DNA from: a virus
Taxonomy: Duplodnaviria; Heunggongvirae; Uroviricota; Caudoviricetes
IMG/VR virus record: IMGVR_UViG_2619619130_000001
DNA length: 23,805 nucleotides
Direction: 5' to 3' (one strand)
Shown: piece by piece, positions 8,081 to 15,865 of the stretch
Layout of the letters: the number at the start of each line of letters is the position of its first letter
How positions within the stretch are numbered: position 1 is the stretch's first letter
Program-made: the position numbers and the translations under genes
The notes under the pieces: model-generated
What the model saw: only the letters and a program-made list of their open reading frames with translations
Told to the model about the DNA's origin: nothing
Databases searched by the model: none

Positions 8081-9040
8081 ATGAAAATTTGTATCGACGA
8101 CGGCTCCACCAATATCAAGCTGGCATGGACTGAGAACGGCGAACGCCGCAACGCTATCAGCCCGAACAGCTTCAAGTCGGAATGGTCTGCGCCGTTCGGT
8201 GGCACGCAGCCCGCGAACTACATGCTTGATGGCGTGCGCTATGGTTTTGATCCGGTCAGCGATCGCTTTGTCCAGACGACCGACACGCAATACCAGTACA
8301 GCGATGTGAATGTCATTGCCATTCATCACGCGCTGGTCAAATCAGGCATCACACCACAGGAGGTGGATGTGGTTGTCACCCTGCCACTGAGCGAGTATTT
8401 CGACACAAACGCACAGCCGGACATGGCCAACATCAACCGCAAAAAAGCGAACGTTATGCGCCCGGTGGAGTACCAGAACGGCAAAGCATTCACTATCCGT
8501 AACGTACGGGTTATGCCTGAATCTATTCCGGCTGGCTTTAAAGCACTGGCTGACATGAGTCCGTTTGAATCCCTGCTGATTGTGGATTTAGGCGGAACCA
8601 CGCTGGATGTAGCAAAGGTTCAGGGACAACTGGCAGGTATCAGCCAGGTGTTTTGCGATCCACACGTAGGCGTTTCCCTGATGGCCGATGCAGTACTGTC
8701 GGTGATGGCCACTAACGGTATGCGTACCAGTCACCACATCGCCAATACCATTATCGAACATCGCCATGATGAAGCCTGGCTGCGCCAGCACATCCATAAT
8801 GACGCGCATTACGCCAGCCTGATGGCGGTTATTCGTGAAAAGGAAGAAACACTGAAACAACGCGTGATCCGCGCGCTGGCGGGTTTTTCGGGTTACGGGC
8901 GGGTGATGGTTGTCGGTGGCGGGGCGGAGATTGTGGCACCCGCTATCCGCGAAGCCTGCGGAGTTAATGCGACTTTCATCGCGGACGGGGGGCCACAGTT
9001 TGCTCTGGTTAATGGGCTGTACGCAATGGACAAGGAGTAA
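8081..9040 (+). CDS. parM: ParM/StbA-family actin-like segregation ATPase
   Basis: 319 aa; N-terminal CIDDGSTNIKLAW, SDVNVIAIHHAL, VMPESIPAG, LIVDLGGTTLDV and VMVVGGGAE motifs align along the length with plasmid R1 ParM as I remember it. Confidence 0.85.
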   Translation: MKICIDDGSTNIKLAWTENGERRNAISPNSFKSEWSAPFGGTQPANYMLDGVRYGFDPVSDRFVQTTDTQYQYSDVNVIAIHHALVKSGITPQEVDVVVTLPLSEYFDTNAQPDMANINRKKANVMRPVEYQNGKAFTIRNVRVMPESIPAGFKALADMSPFESLLIVDLGGTTLDVAKVQGQLAGISQVFCDPHVGVSLMADAVLSVMATNGMRTSHHIANTIIEHRHDEAWLRQHIHNDAHYASLMAVIREKEETLKQRVIRALAGFSGYGRVMVVGGGAEIVAPAIREACGVNATFIADGGPQFALVNGLYAMDKE

Positions 9041-9044
9041 ACCA

Positions 9045-9356
9045 ATGACGACTCCAACCAGACGGATAAGTTTCTATCTGAAGCCCGCCGCCGTCAAGAA
9101 CGAAGGAGAAGCATGCGCCTGGCTGGACAGCCTTACACCAGAAGCCCGCAAAAGCGGCCAACGCGTGGCTTTTCTGGCCGGGCTGGCACTTCTGAAAATG
9201 AATCCGGCAGAGGCTTACCGACTAGCTGCATGGGCTGATGATGAAGCGTTATCAGTGACACAAACCAGGACAGAACGCCCCGCATCACAGCCAGTATCAA
9301 CCGCACAGATAACCAGTCAGATGGCCGGAAATATCCGGGCGTTATTTCCTGAATAA
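9045..9356 (+). CDS. parR: ParR/StbB-like centromere-binding adaptor
   Basis: 104 aa from ATG 9045 (RBS AAGGAG); RRISFYLKP, WLDSLTPEARKSGQRVAFLAGLAL and C-terminal RALFPE resemble R1 ParR; directly follows parM. Confidence 0.72.
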   Translation: MTTPTRRISFYLKPAAVKNEGEACAWLDSLTPEARKSGQRVAFLAGLALLKMNPAEAYRLAAWADDEALSVTQTRTERPASQPVSTAQITSQMAGNIRALFPE

Positions 9357-9364
9357 CACAACAT

Positions 9365-9382
9365 CAGGGCGAGTTCGCCCTG
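9365..9382 (+). terminator. GC-rich stem-loop after parR (possible attenuator/terminator)
   Basis: CAGGGCG-AGTT-CGCCCTG hairpin seen directly; no clear U-tract, so weak as an intrinsic terminator. Confidence 0.3.
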
Positions 9383-9419
9383 CTCTCCACCTCAGAACAT
9401 AAACAAGGAGAACGACTTA

Positions 9420-9803
9420 ATGAGCGAAATCAACTATCAGGCATTACGTGAACGTTATTCACCTGTGCCAGTACCGAAATGCCCTATTTGCGGCGAGGAA
9501 ATGTCAATTCAGCGAATATCTGGAGCACAGGTTGTTTATGCCTGCTCCGGTTATGGTGATGATGGAGATTTCAAAATTGGTCGAACTCTTGCCGACGAAC
9601 ATTATGAAAAATCACGCGTAACAGTGTTGGATGTCGGGGATCCTGAAGTATTGGCGCTACTTGATTGGCTGGAAACCAAAGACAACCGAATCGCTGAACT
9701 GGAAAAAATCGCCACTGACTATGCACTTAAATTCCAGAAAGCACAGGACGCATTAAAGTACGCCGCTTTGCTGCATAGCAGGACAGCGCAGCTACAAGAC
9801 TAA
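9420..9803 (+). CDS. Hypothetical protein with CxxC zinc-ribbon-like motif and C-terminal coiled coil
   Basis: 127 aa; KCPICGEE...YACSG then heptad-like LDWLETKDNRIAELEKIATDYALKFQKAQDALKYAA; AAGGAG RBS; within the variable locus. Confidence 0.6.
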   Translation: MSEINYQALRERYSPVPVPKCPICGEEMSIQRISGAQVVYACSGYGDDGDFKIGRTLADEHYEKSRVTVLDVGDPEVLALLDWLETKDNRIAELEKIATDYALKFQKAQDALKYAALLHSRTAQLQD

Positions 9804-9893
9804 CTTAAAGCGGAAGATTAATACATGGTGAGTCAGGGTAATTTGTTTTTATCCCGACAAATAAACAAAAAAGTGGACTATCTCTGTAGTATC

Positions 9894-10424
9894 TTATTCA
9901 GCATCGTCTCGTGCAGTCTGTGCATACGTCACAACAACGCCCAATGCATTAGTTTTCTTTTCAACATAGATAATATTGTCATATTCATAGTTACCATACG
10001 GATAGCAAATAAGAATATTTTTATGCAGATCGGGATCATCAACAAACGCTCCGGAACAGCTTCTTGAACTACCGGATGTATACTCATACGGTGCAACATA
10101 TGATGATGTTACTCCTGGTAAAAAATAAGTCACCATCATAAGAGGGATAATCAGGAATATCCCTGTAAGAATGCAAGAGCCAGCATAAACCTTCAGGTAT
10201 TCCGACAGTCCTTTCCAGCCACTTTGCTTCACTACCCCCCTCTTCACCAGAAACAAGGAGAAGAAAAAGGACATACCCATACTACACAAGATGTAATAAT
10301 TGGATATACGCGAATTAAGATATGTAATCCTGTAGATATCTGCCCTCCACCAGTAAAAGAGGAAAATAATCCCTAGCACTGAAACAGTCATGCAAATCAA
10401 ATAAGGATATGAATCTTTCTTCAT
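9894..10424 (-). CDS. Integral membrane protein (about 3 TM helices + ~70-aa soluble C-terminal domain), function unknown; candidate exclusion/abortive-infection cargo
   Basis: 176 aa; hydrophobic segments LICMTVSVLGIIFLFYWW, YYILCSMGMSFFFSLFLV, AGSCILTGIFLIIPLMMVTYFL; strongly AT-rich unlike flanking phage DNA; convergent with the preceding gene. Confidence 0.65.
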   Translation of the reverse strand: MKKDSYPYLICMTVSVLGIIFLFYWWRADIYRITYLNSRISNYYILCSMGMSFFFSLFLVKRGVVKQSGWKGLSEYLKVYAGSCILTGIFLIIPLMMVTYFLPGVTSSYVAPYEYTSGSSRSCSGAFVDDPDLHKNILICYPYGNYEYDNIIYVEKKTNALGVVVTYAQTARDDAE

Positions 10425-10772
10425 GTCTTGCGCTCATTAAAATTTCCCTGCTACGAACAAATTTACCATCCGTTTTTTGCGCAGAAAACAGCACGATGCA
10501 CACTGCACGATAGTGCACAAATTTGCACAATTTTTTTGAACGACTTTTTACCCTTCCGGCCCGCATGGCGGCTGGATCCGTCAAGGATCCGTGCGTGCAC
10601 AAAAAAACGCGTTTTTTCTGCGCGCAGGTGACGGGGGAACAGCCCGCGTTTCAGGGGGTAAATAGCATTCCCTGAACGATGTCGCAGAGACACAACAGAA
10701 TGGCTGTATTTCTCACGCTGAGCGTGAAAAATACGTGAGGGATTCTGATTTGATGGGGTGAAAGGTAAGGCC

Positions 10773-10794
10773 GTCAAAATCGCACTGAGGCGGC
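10773..10794. other. Candidate cos (cohesive end) site
   Basis: GAGGCGGCAAAGAAC resembles the P2 cos sequence as I recall it (GGCGAGGCGGGGAAAGCAC) and lies ~165 bp beyond the Q stop, where P2 places cos. From memory, unverified. Confidence 0.3.
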
Positions 10795-10902
10795 AAAGAA
10801 CATGCAGTCAACGCGGTGGGATTGCGTAAGAGTCTGACCGCCGATGATGGCAATAAGCAGAAAAGCGTCGTGAAATTATCTGATTGATACAGGAGCTGGA
10901 GA

Positions 10903-10931
10903 GCCGGGGCATAAATTTTTTATGCCCCGGC
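10903..10931 (-). terminator. Strong hairpin just downstream of Q (likely terminator of the leftward P-Q transcript)
   Basis: GCCGGGGCATAAA-TTT-TTTATGCCCCGGC, 13-bp perfect stem, located 25 bp past the Q stop. Confidence 0.45.
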
Positions 10932-10955
10932 GAAGCAGCAGACAAGCGAAGCGCG

Positions 10956-12002
10956 TCAGGATGTGGGCTGGGTATCTAACAGTGCGTAAGGGTTAAAGCG
11001 GATCACCTCTTCGCCAAGCCAGTCATTGATGTGCTTCATGGCCTCCATGACGGGCATCAGCTCGTTAATTGCGTAAACCCGCGCGGCCTTCTCCACATCA
11101 CCAAACGCACTTTTTTCACCCGGCATCGCCCCCATCAGTTGCGGCGGAACGCGGTGCGCAGCCAGCACATCATCACGGGATGCCGCCTTAACATTCATGA
11201 ACTCATCCTTTGCGGTGATCTGCTGGAACGGCAAAATTTGCACCCCCTCTTTGCCCCCGTTGGGCGCATGAATGAGCACGTTTTTAAACGCACCGCCACC
11301 ACGTGCACCCTGTAGCGTTTCTTTCAGGGAGTCCATGCTTTCGCGGTTTACCTGCGCTGCACCGATGTAGATGATGCACCCGGCGTGGGATCCGTTGTCG
11401 TAATACAGTTTTCTGAACATGTCCGCCGAATGAGACAGGCTGGCCGAGAGTAATGCGCCGAGATATTCCGGCATGCCGTAGATTTCCTGGTTAATGTCAG
11501 GATTCATCAGGTGGCACACTTTGCCAGGGCGAAACTGGAACGCATCCTTGCCATCCTGCACATACCACCATGATTCAAGATCGCTACCGCGTCGCATGTA
11601 TTTCGCCAGGGCGTGCCGTAATTTAAGCGGTTCGCCGAGCATATTGCTTCGAAGCTCAAGGAATGCGTTACCGAACACAAACCAGTCCAGCGCCAGCGCC
11701 GAGAAATCCTGCCGGGAAAGCAGCGGGTGCGGGATGTAGCAACCGAGTAATACATTGCGCTTAAAGTAAAGCGCAGACTGATGCCAGGACGTTTGCCGGG
11801 CAGCTCTTGCCAGACCGTACCAGTCCACCGGGGTTTCATACCACCGCCCGTTATCAGCACAGTACATATTGTCCAGCAGGTCATGCCCGGTCAGGCGATA
11901 AGGACCATCAAATGTGAATGCACTGAGCGACGATTCTTTCCTGAGCGCATCAGCGAGATCAATGCGTGAACTCATGCGCACTTTTTTATTTTTTCTGCTC
12001 AT
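10956..12002 (-). CDS. Q: Portal protein (P2 gpQ family)
   Basis: 348 aa (P2 Q about 344 aa); second gene of leftward P-Q pair; overlaps P stop by 1 nt. Confidence 0.85.
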   Translation of the reverse strand: MSRKNKKVRMSSRIDLADALRKESSLSAFTFDGPYRLTGHDLLDNMYCADNGRWYETPVDWYGLARAARQTSWHQSALYFKRNVLLGCYIPHPLLSRQDFSALALDWFVFGNAFLELRSNMLGEPLKLRHALAKYMRRGSDLESWWYVQDGKDAFQFRPGKVCHLMNPDINQEIYGMPEYLGALLSASLSHSADMFRKLYYDNGSHAGCIIYIGAAQVNRESMDSLKETLQGARGGGAFKNVLIHAPNGGKEGVQILPFQQITAKDEFMNVKAASRDDVLAAHRVPPQLMGAMPGEKSAFGDVEKAARVYAINELMPVMEAMKHINDWLGEEVIRFNPYALLDTQPTS

Positions 12003-13753
12003 CAGAACTCCATAACCGTGAAACGCTCGTTTTCTCCTTCGCCGCCAATCGGTTCGTTAATGACAGCAAGCATGGTTGCCCACGCAAGGTCGCCGTGGCT
12101 GATCCCCCTCGCGCGGTCCGTTTCGTAAGTGATGAAGCCGCCCGGTGTTTTCACCTTACGCACGGCGTTAAAGGCCGCGACCAGCTCGCGTTCGGCGCGA
12201 TCGTATTCCCACCGCCCGGCACGCATTATTTGCAGCATTTTCAGTACCAGCGACCGTTTTGATGACAGCGTGAAGGTGTACGGAATAGCAGCAGGGAAAA
12301 ACCGTTTCACTATCTGATAAACAGCCTCCCCGTTCCCGCCCGTCACATCAATGCCGATGTGTTCCACGTTGTAGCGACACGTGAACTCTTCAATGACTCT
12401 GGCCTGTTCTTCAAACTCCAGCCCCTGAACGCGTCGCGTCTCCACCGTTCGAAAACGGCCACCAGGAACAGCCGGAGGAACCACCACGGACACAGCGCCG
12501 CTGTCGCCGTTGCCACTGCTGCCGTTTGCGTCATACCCAATCCATACCGGACGATTCCCCATCGGGCGGGGAGCAAAAGGTTTCCAGTCTTTCCAGTCGT
12601 CGTATCCGTCAACGCCACAGCCAATCAGGATATTCAGGTTAAATGCCGATTCCCCTTCGCGGACAAACTCACACATATAGAGATTGAGGAACTCGTCTTC
12701 GGTGTTTTCATCACGAATTTCGTTGATATCGGTGTGTTTCCAGCCGTGATTAACCACATCTTCCAGCGTGACAATTTGCCGCCACGTCCTGTCAGAGCAG
12801 ATAAGCCCGTTATGCAGCGTTTTCCAGTCCACAGAAAAACGCTGGCGTTTATGCGAGGCCTTTTTCTCGTTCCAGCGGTCGCCGTTCCAGTAGGCGTATG
12901 CCTCGTGCGTTTCGGTGGATGGCGTGGAGAAGTAGGTGCGCCGCAGTCCGCTGAGGGTTGCCATAGCGCCAGCCACCTTGCGCAGTTCAGCAAAGCGACT
13001 GACCCAGAAAAATTCATCAAAATAAAAATTGCCCGTATAGGACTGTGCCGACGCAGCAGAAGTGCCGAGAAAATGCAGCTCTGCGCCGTTGGAGAGGATG
13101 ATTTTATCGCCCCCTTTCAGCTCGACATCAACTTCAGCCGCGGCCTTCTGAATAATGCTTTTAAACTGGAACGCCTGACGACGCGACGCAGACAAAAAAA
13201 TCTGGTTACGCTGGTAAGGCTGCGCCACATCGTCACGCAGCGCCATCAGCAGTGCTTCCTGCGCAAAATACCATGTCGCCCCAATCTGTCGGGATTTCAG
13301 GATCATCCTGTTACGTATCCCGGCTTCCCTGCAAAGGGTCAGGGAGTCAAACCAGCCCCGCTGATGCCACTCCAGCCTGCTGATGATTTTTTCCCGCAGT
13401 GCGGCAATCTGTTCCGGCGTGAAATGATTCTTGAGCTTTTTCGCCCGGCCTTTCTTTCCTGTGGCCGTTGCATCCGGCTGGCCATCATGCAGTTTTTTAA
13501 GCTGCCGGGTCAGCAGGTCTATTTCCTTGAAGTCACCACCTGTTTTATTCTGTTTTTCAGTAAGCTGGATGAGGCGCGCATCGATGGACTGCGTGACACG
13601 CTGCACGGGTGGCGTTTCATCCCACTGGTCGCGTTTTTTCCACGCATAAATCGTGTTCGGGTTTATTCCCATCAGACGTGATATTTCTGCGGGCGGATAA
13701 CCCTGCCAGTAAAGTTGCCGCGCACGCTGGCGCACAAAAGCGTCCTGAATCAT
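12002..13753 (-). CDS. P: Terminase large (ATPase) subunit (P2 gpP family)
   Basis: 583 aa; N-terminal HTH YWQGYPPAEISRLMGINPNTIYAWKKRD and ATPase region KSRQIGATWYFAQEA; size and position as P2 P. Confidence 0.9.
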   Translation of the reverse strand: MIQDAFVRQRARQLYWQGYPPAEISRLMGINPNTIYAWKKRDQWDETPPVQRVTQSIDARLIQLTEKQNKTGGDFKEIDLLTRQLKKLHDGQPDATATGKKGRAKKLKNHFTPEQIAALREKIISRLEWHQRGWFDSLTLCREAGIRNRMILKSRQIGATWYFAQEALLMALRDDVAQPYQRNQIFLSASRRQAFQFKSIIQKAAAEVDVELKGGDKIILSNGAELHFLGTSAASAQSYTGNFYFDEFFWVSRFAELRKVAGAMATLSGLRRTYFSTPSTETHEAYAYWNGDRWNEKKASHKRQRFSVDWKTLHNGLICSDRTWRQIVTLEDVVNHGWKHTDINEIRDENTEDEFLNLYMCEFVREGESAFNLNILIGCGVDGYDDWKDWKPFAPRPMGNRPVWIGYDANGSSGNGDSGAVSVVVPPAVPGGRFRTVETRRVQGLEFEEQARVIEEFTCRYNVEHIGIDVTGGNGEAVYQIVKRFFPAAIPYTFTLSSKRSLVLKMLQIMRAGRWEYDRAERELVAAFNAVRKVKTPGGFITYETDRARGISHGDLAWATMLAVINEPIGGEGENERFTVMEF

Positions 13754-13907
13754 TGCTCCCCCTGAGTAATTACAGGAAGATTACCCGCGCGCGAAACCGT
13801 TCTCCTTAACCCCCTGTTCTGGCCGTTTTCTTACAACAAAAGCCCTTTGTATCAGCCTGTTACGCTTTGCCATCATGACTGAAGAACCAGTCAGAGGGGC
13901 AAAAACT
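13754..13907. promoter_or_regulatory. Divergent late promoter region between P and O
   Basis: Intergenic gap between divergently transcribed late operons, as in P2 (Ogr-activated promoters); contains TGT...ACA-like elements but no exact consensus identified. Confidence 0.35.
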
Positions 13908-14744
13908 ATGGCTAATGAAAAAAAGACATCCCGCAAAAAGTTTCGCGTGGCTGTCTCCGGATCAACTGTTGATGGCCGTGAAATCAGTCCGGTGCATCTG
14001 CGTGAAGCCGCCGAGAACTTCAACCCGGATGTTTACGCTGCCCGCGTGAACGTTGAGCACTATCTCTCGCCATGCCCGTCAAGCGAATTTTCCGCAATGG
14101 GCGATGTCACCGCACTGAGTACGGAAGACATTACGGAAGGTCCGCTGGCCGGACGTACTGCGCTGTATGCAGAAATCGAACCGACCGAGCGCATGAAGCA
14201 GCTTGTCGCTGACGGCAAAAAAATCTATTCCAGTATCGAACTGCACCCGCAGTTCTCCGTTAACGGGCGCGCCTATCTGGTCGGGCTGGCGATGACCGAC
14301 ACCCCGGCAAGCCTGGGCACTGAGCGCCTGAAATTCACGGCACAGCAACGTCAGGCAGTAATGACGTTCAACAGTGTCCAGGGTGAAGCACCGCTTATCT
14401 CCGAAGCCATCGAGTCTGAAATCATCGAAATGGCAGAACAACGCCAGGAAGAAGGCACCCAGTGGTTTAACCGCGTAATGGGGATTATTGGTCGTGGCCG
14501 CAAAGCGGATGACGCCAGTTTCTCCCGTATTCAGGAAGCGCTGGAAGGCGTCGCAACGTCACAGGCCGACATTATCGACCGTTTTAATGTGCTGGAAACC
14601 CGCCATCAGCAGGACCGCCAGAAAATCACGTCACTGACCACAGAGCTGACAGCACTGAAGGAAAAACTGCGCACGCAGGACGGCGATCCGCAGAACCGCT
14701 TCACCGCAACGGGCGCAGCCTCCGACCAGCTGGCTGACTTCTGA
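13908..14744 (+). CDS. O: Capsid scaffolding protein (P2 gpO family)
   Basis: Internal start MANEKKTSRKKFRVAVSG matches the remembered P2 O N-terminus (MAKKVSKFFRIGVEG); YLVGLAMTDTPASLGTERLKF conserved; RBS GAGGGG upstream. Confidence 0.85.
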   Translation: MANEKKTSRKKFRVAVSGSTVDGREISPVHLREAAENFNPDVYAARVNVEHYLSPCPSSEFSAMGDVTALSTEDITEGPLAGRTALYAEIEPTERMKQLVADGKKIYSSIELHPQFSVNGRAYLVGLAMTDTPASLGTERLKFTAQQRQAVMTFNSVQGEAPLISEAIESEIIEMAEQRQEEGTQWFNRVMGIIGRGRKADDASFSRIQEALEGVATSQADIIDRFNVLETRHQQDRQKITSLTTELTALKEKLRTQDGDPQNRFTATGAASDQLADF

Positions 14745-14767
14745 TAAGACAAAGGAGCAAATTTTTT

Positions 14768-15820
14768 ATGAATCTGGTGATGTCAGATATTACCCGCAAC
14801 AAGCTGGGTTGCTATATGGCGCAGCAGGCGTCGCTTAACAATATCCCGGTTTCTGCACTGGTATCGCGATTTACCGTGGAACCCGCGGTGCAGCAGCGTT
14901 TTGAAAACGCCTCAAAGGAAAGTACCGAATTTACGAAAAGAATTAACGTGATCGGCGTGACCGACCAGAAAGGCGAAAAAATCCTCCTGGATACCACAGG
15001 ACCGATTGCGCGCACGAATACCAGTTATGACGGAACAAAACGCCGTAACCCGAATAACGTGGTTGATCTGAAAAACCGCAAATACCAGTGCGAACAGGTG
15101 AACTACGACACGTTTATTTCGTATCCGCAGCTTGATGCCTGGTCGGCACACCCTGATTTTCAGTCCCGCATCAGCGCACAGATTGCCCGGCAGGTGGCAC
15201 TTGACCGCATCATGATCGGTTTCAACGGCACGTCTCACGCGGATGAGTCCAACTTCAGCACCAACAAGCTGCTTCAGGACGTTAACGTGGGGTGGCTGGA
15301 GCACATCAGAACCGACGCCAGCGAGCGCGTTATGAATGACGTGACGTTGACCTCACGCAACATGGACAACACCGTGGCGCACGCGGGTAAGTATGCGAAC
15401 GCTGATGCACTGGTACAGGACGCACGCTCATCCCTGCTGGATGAATGGCACAAGGAAGCTGACGACCTCGTGGTGATTATGGGGCGCAACCTGTTTAACT
15501 CGCTGCGTCTGCCCGTGCTGAACAGCATCAGCGGCCAGAATCCCAATGCGGAATTACTTGCCGGGCAGCTCATCCTGTCATCGCGCACCATTGGCGGGCT
15601 GGGCGTGTTCCTTGCGCCGTTCTTCCCGGATGCAACGATGCTGATCACCTCGTTCAACAACCTGTCGATTTACTGGCAGAAAGGTTCAATGCGTCGTCTG
15701 ATGAAAGACGAACCGGAATACAACCGCATCGCCACCTACCAGTCCATCAATGACGCTTATGTCGTTGAAGACTATGGCAAGTGCGCGATGGTCACTGGCC
15801 TGAAGTTCGCCGACAGCTAA
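14768..15820 (+). CDS. N: Major capsid protein (P2 gpN family)
   Basis: 350 aa; FTVEPAVQQ, YQCEQVNYD, GFNGTS, LSIYWQ, YVVEDYG motifs match remembered P2 N. Confidence 0.9.
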   Translation: MNLVMSDITRNKLGCYMAQQASLNNIPVSALVSRFTVEPAVQQRFENASKESTEFTKRINVIGVTDQKGEKILLDTTGPIARTNTSYDGTKRRNPNNVVDLKNRKYQCEQVNYDTFISYPQLDAWSAHPDFQSRISAQIARQVALDRIMIGFNGTSHADESNFSTNKLLQDVNVGWLEHIRTDASERVMNDVTLTSRNMDNTVAHAGKYANADALVQDARSSLLDEWHKEADDLVVIMGRNLFNSLRLPVLNSISGQNPNAELLAGQLILSSRTIGGLGVFLAPFFPDATMLITSFNNLSIYWQKGSMRRLMKDEPEYNRIATYQSINDAYVVEDYGKCAMVTGLKFADS

Positions 15821-15829
15821 TCAACTCAC

Positions 15830-15848
15830 GGCGGGCATCATGCCCGCC
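15830..15848 (+). terminator. GC-rich stem-loop between N and M
   Basis: GGCGGGCAT-C-ATGCCCGCC perfect hairpin directly after the capsid gene stop; weak U-tract. Confidence 0.35.
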
Positions 15849-15865
15849 TGTAACGGAGAGAAAAA

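Noticed and set aside
8910-9356. Long 148-aa version of the parR-like ORF starting at 8910
   Set aside because: The first 45 codons overlap the 3' end of parM in another frame; the internal ATG at 9045 has an AAGGAG RBS and gives a ParR-sized protein whose N-terminus matches ParR.
10626-10644. GGTGACGGGGGAACAGC as the cos site
   Set aside because: About 13 of 19 positions resemble remembered P2 cos, but the element at 10773-10794 fits better and lies at the expected distance from Q; kept only as an alternative.
10315-10777. ORFs 10315-10602 (-), 10428-10631 (+), 10463-10777 (-)
   Set aside because: Mutually overlapping frames in a repeat-rich noncoding stretch with no RBS or recognisable protein features; more likely cos/regulatory DNA than genes.
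8005-10955. Presence of P2 old (ATPase-TOPRIM) or tin homologues in the variable locus
   Set aside because: No ORF of the size or with Walker-A/TOPRIM-like features of Old is present; the only ATPase-like protein is the actin-fold ParM homologue.
12359-13681. Plus-strand 440-aa ORF
   Set aside because: Fully antisense to the terminase gene P, whose product has clear terminase motifs; the antisense product is low-complexity and Arg/Pro-rich.
13875-14744. Upstream start (13875) for scaffold gene O
   Set aside because: The internal ATG at 13908 gives an N-terminus (MANEKKTSRKKF...) that matches the P2 O start and has a better RBS; the 11 extra codons are probably not translated.
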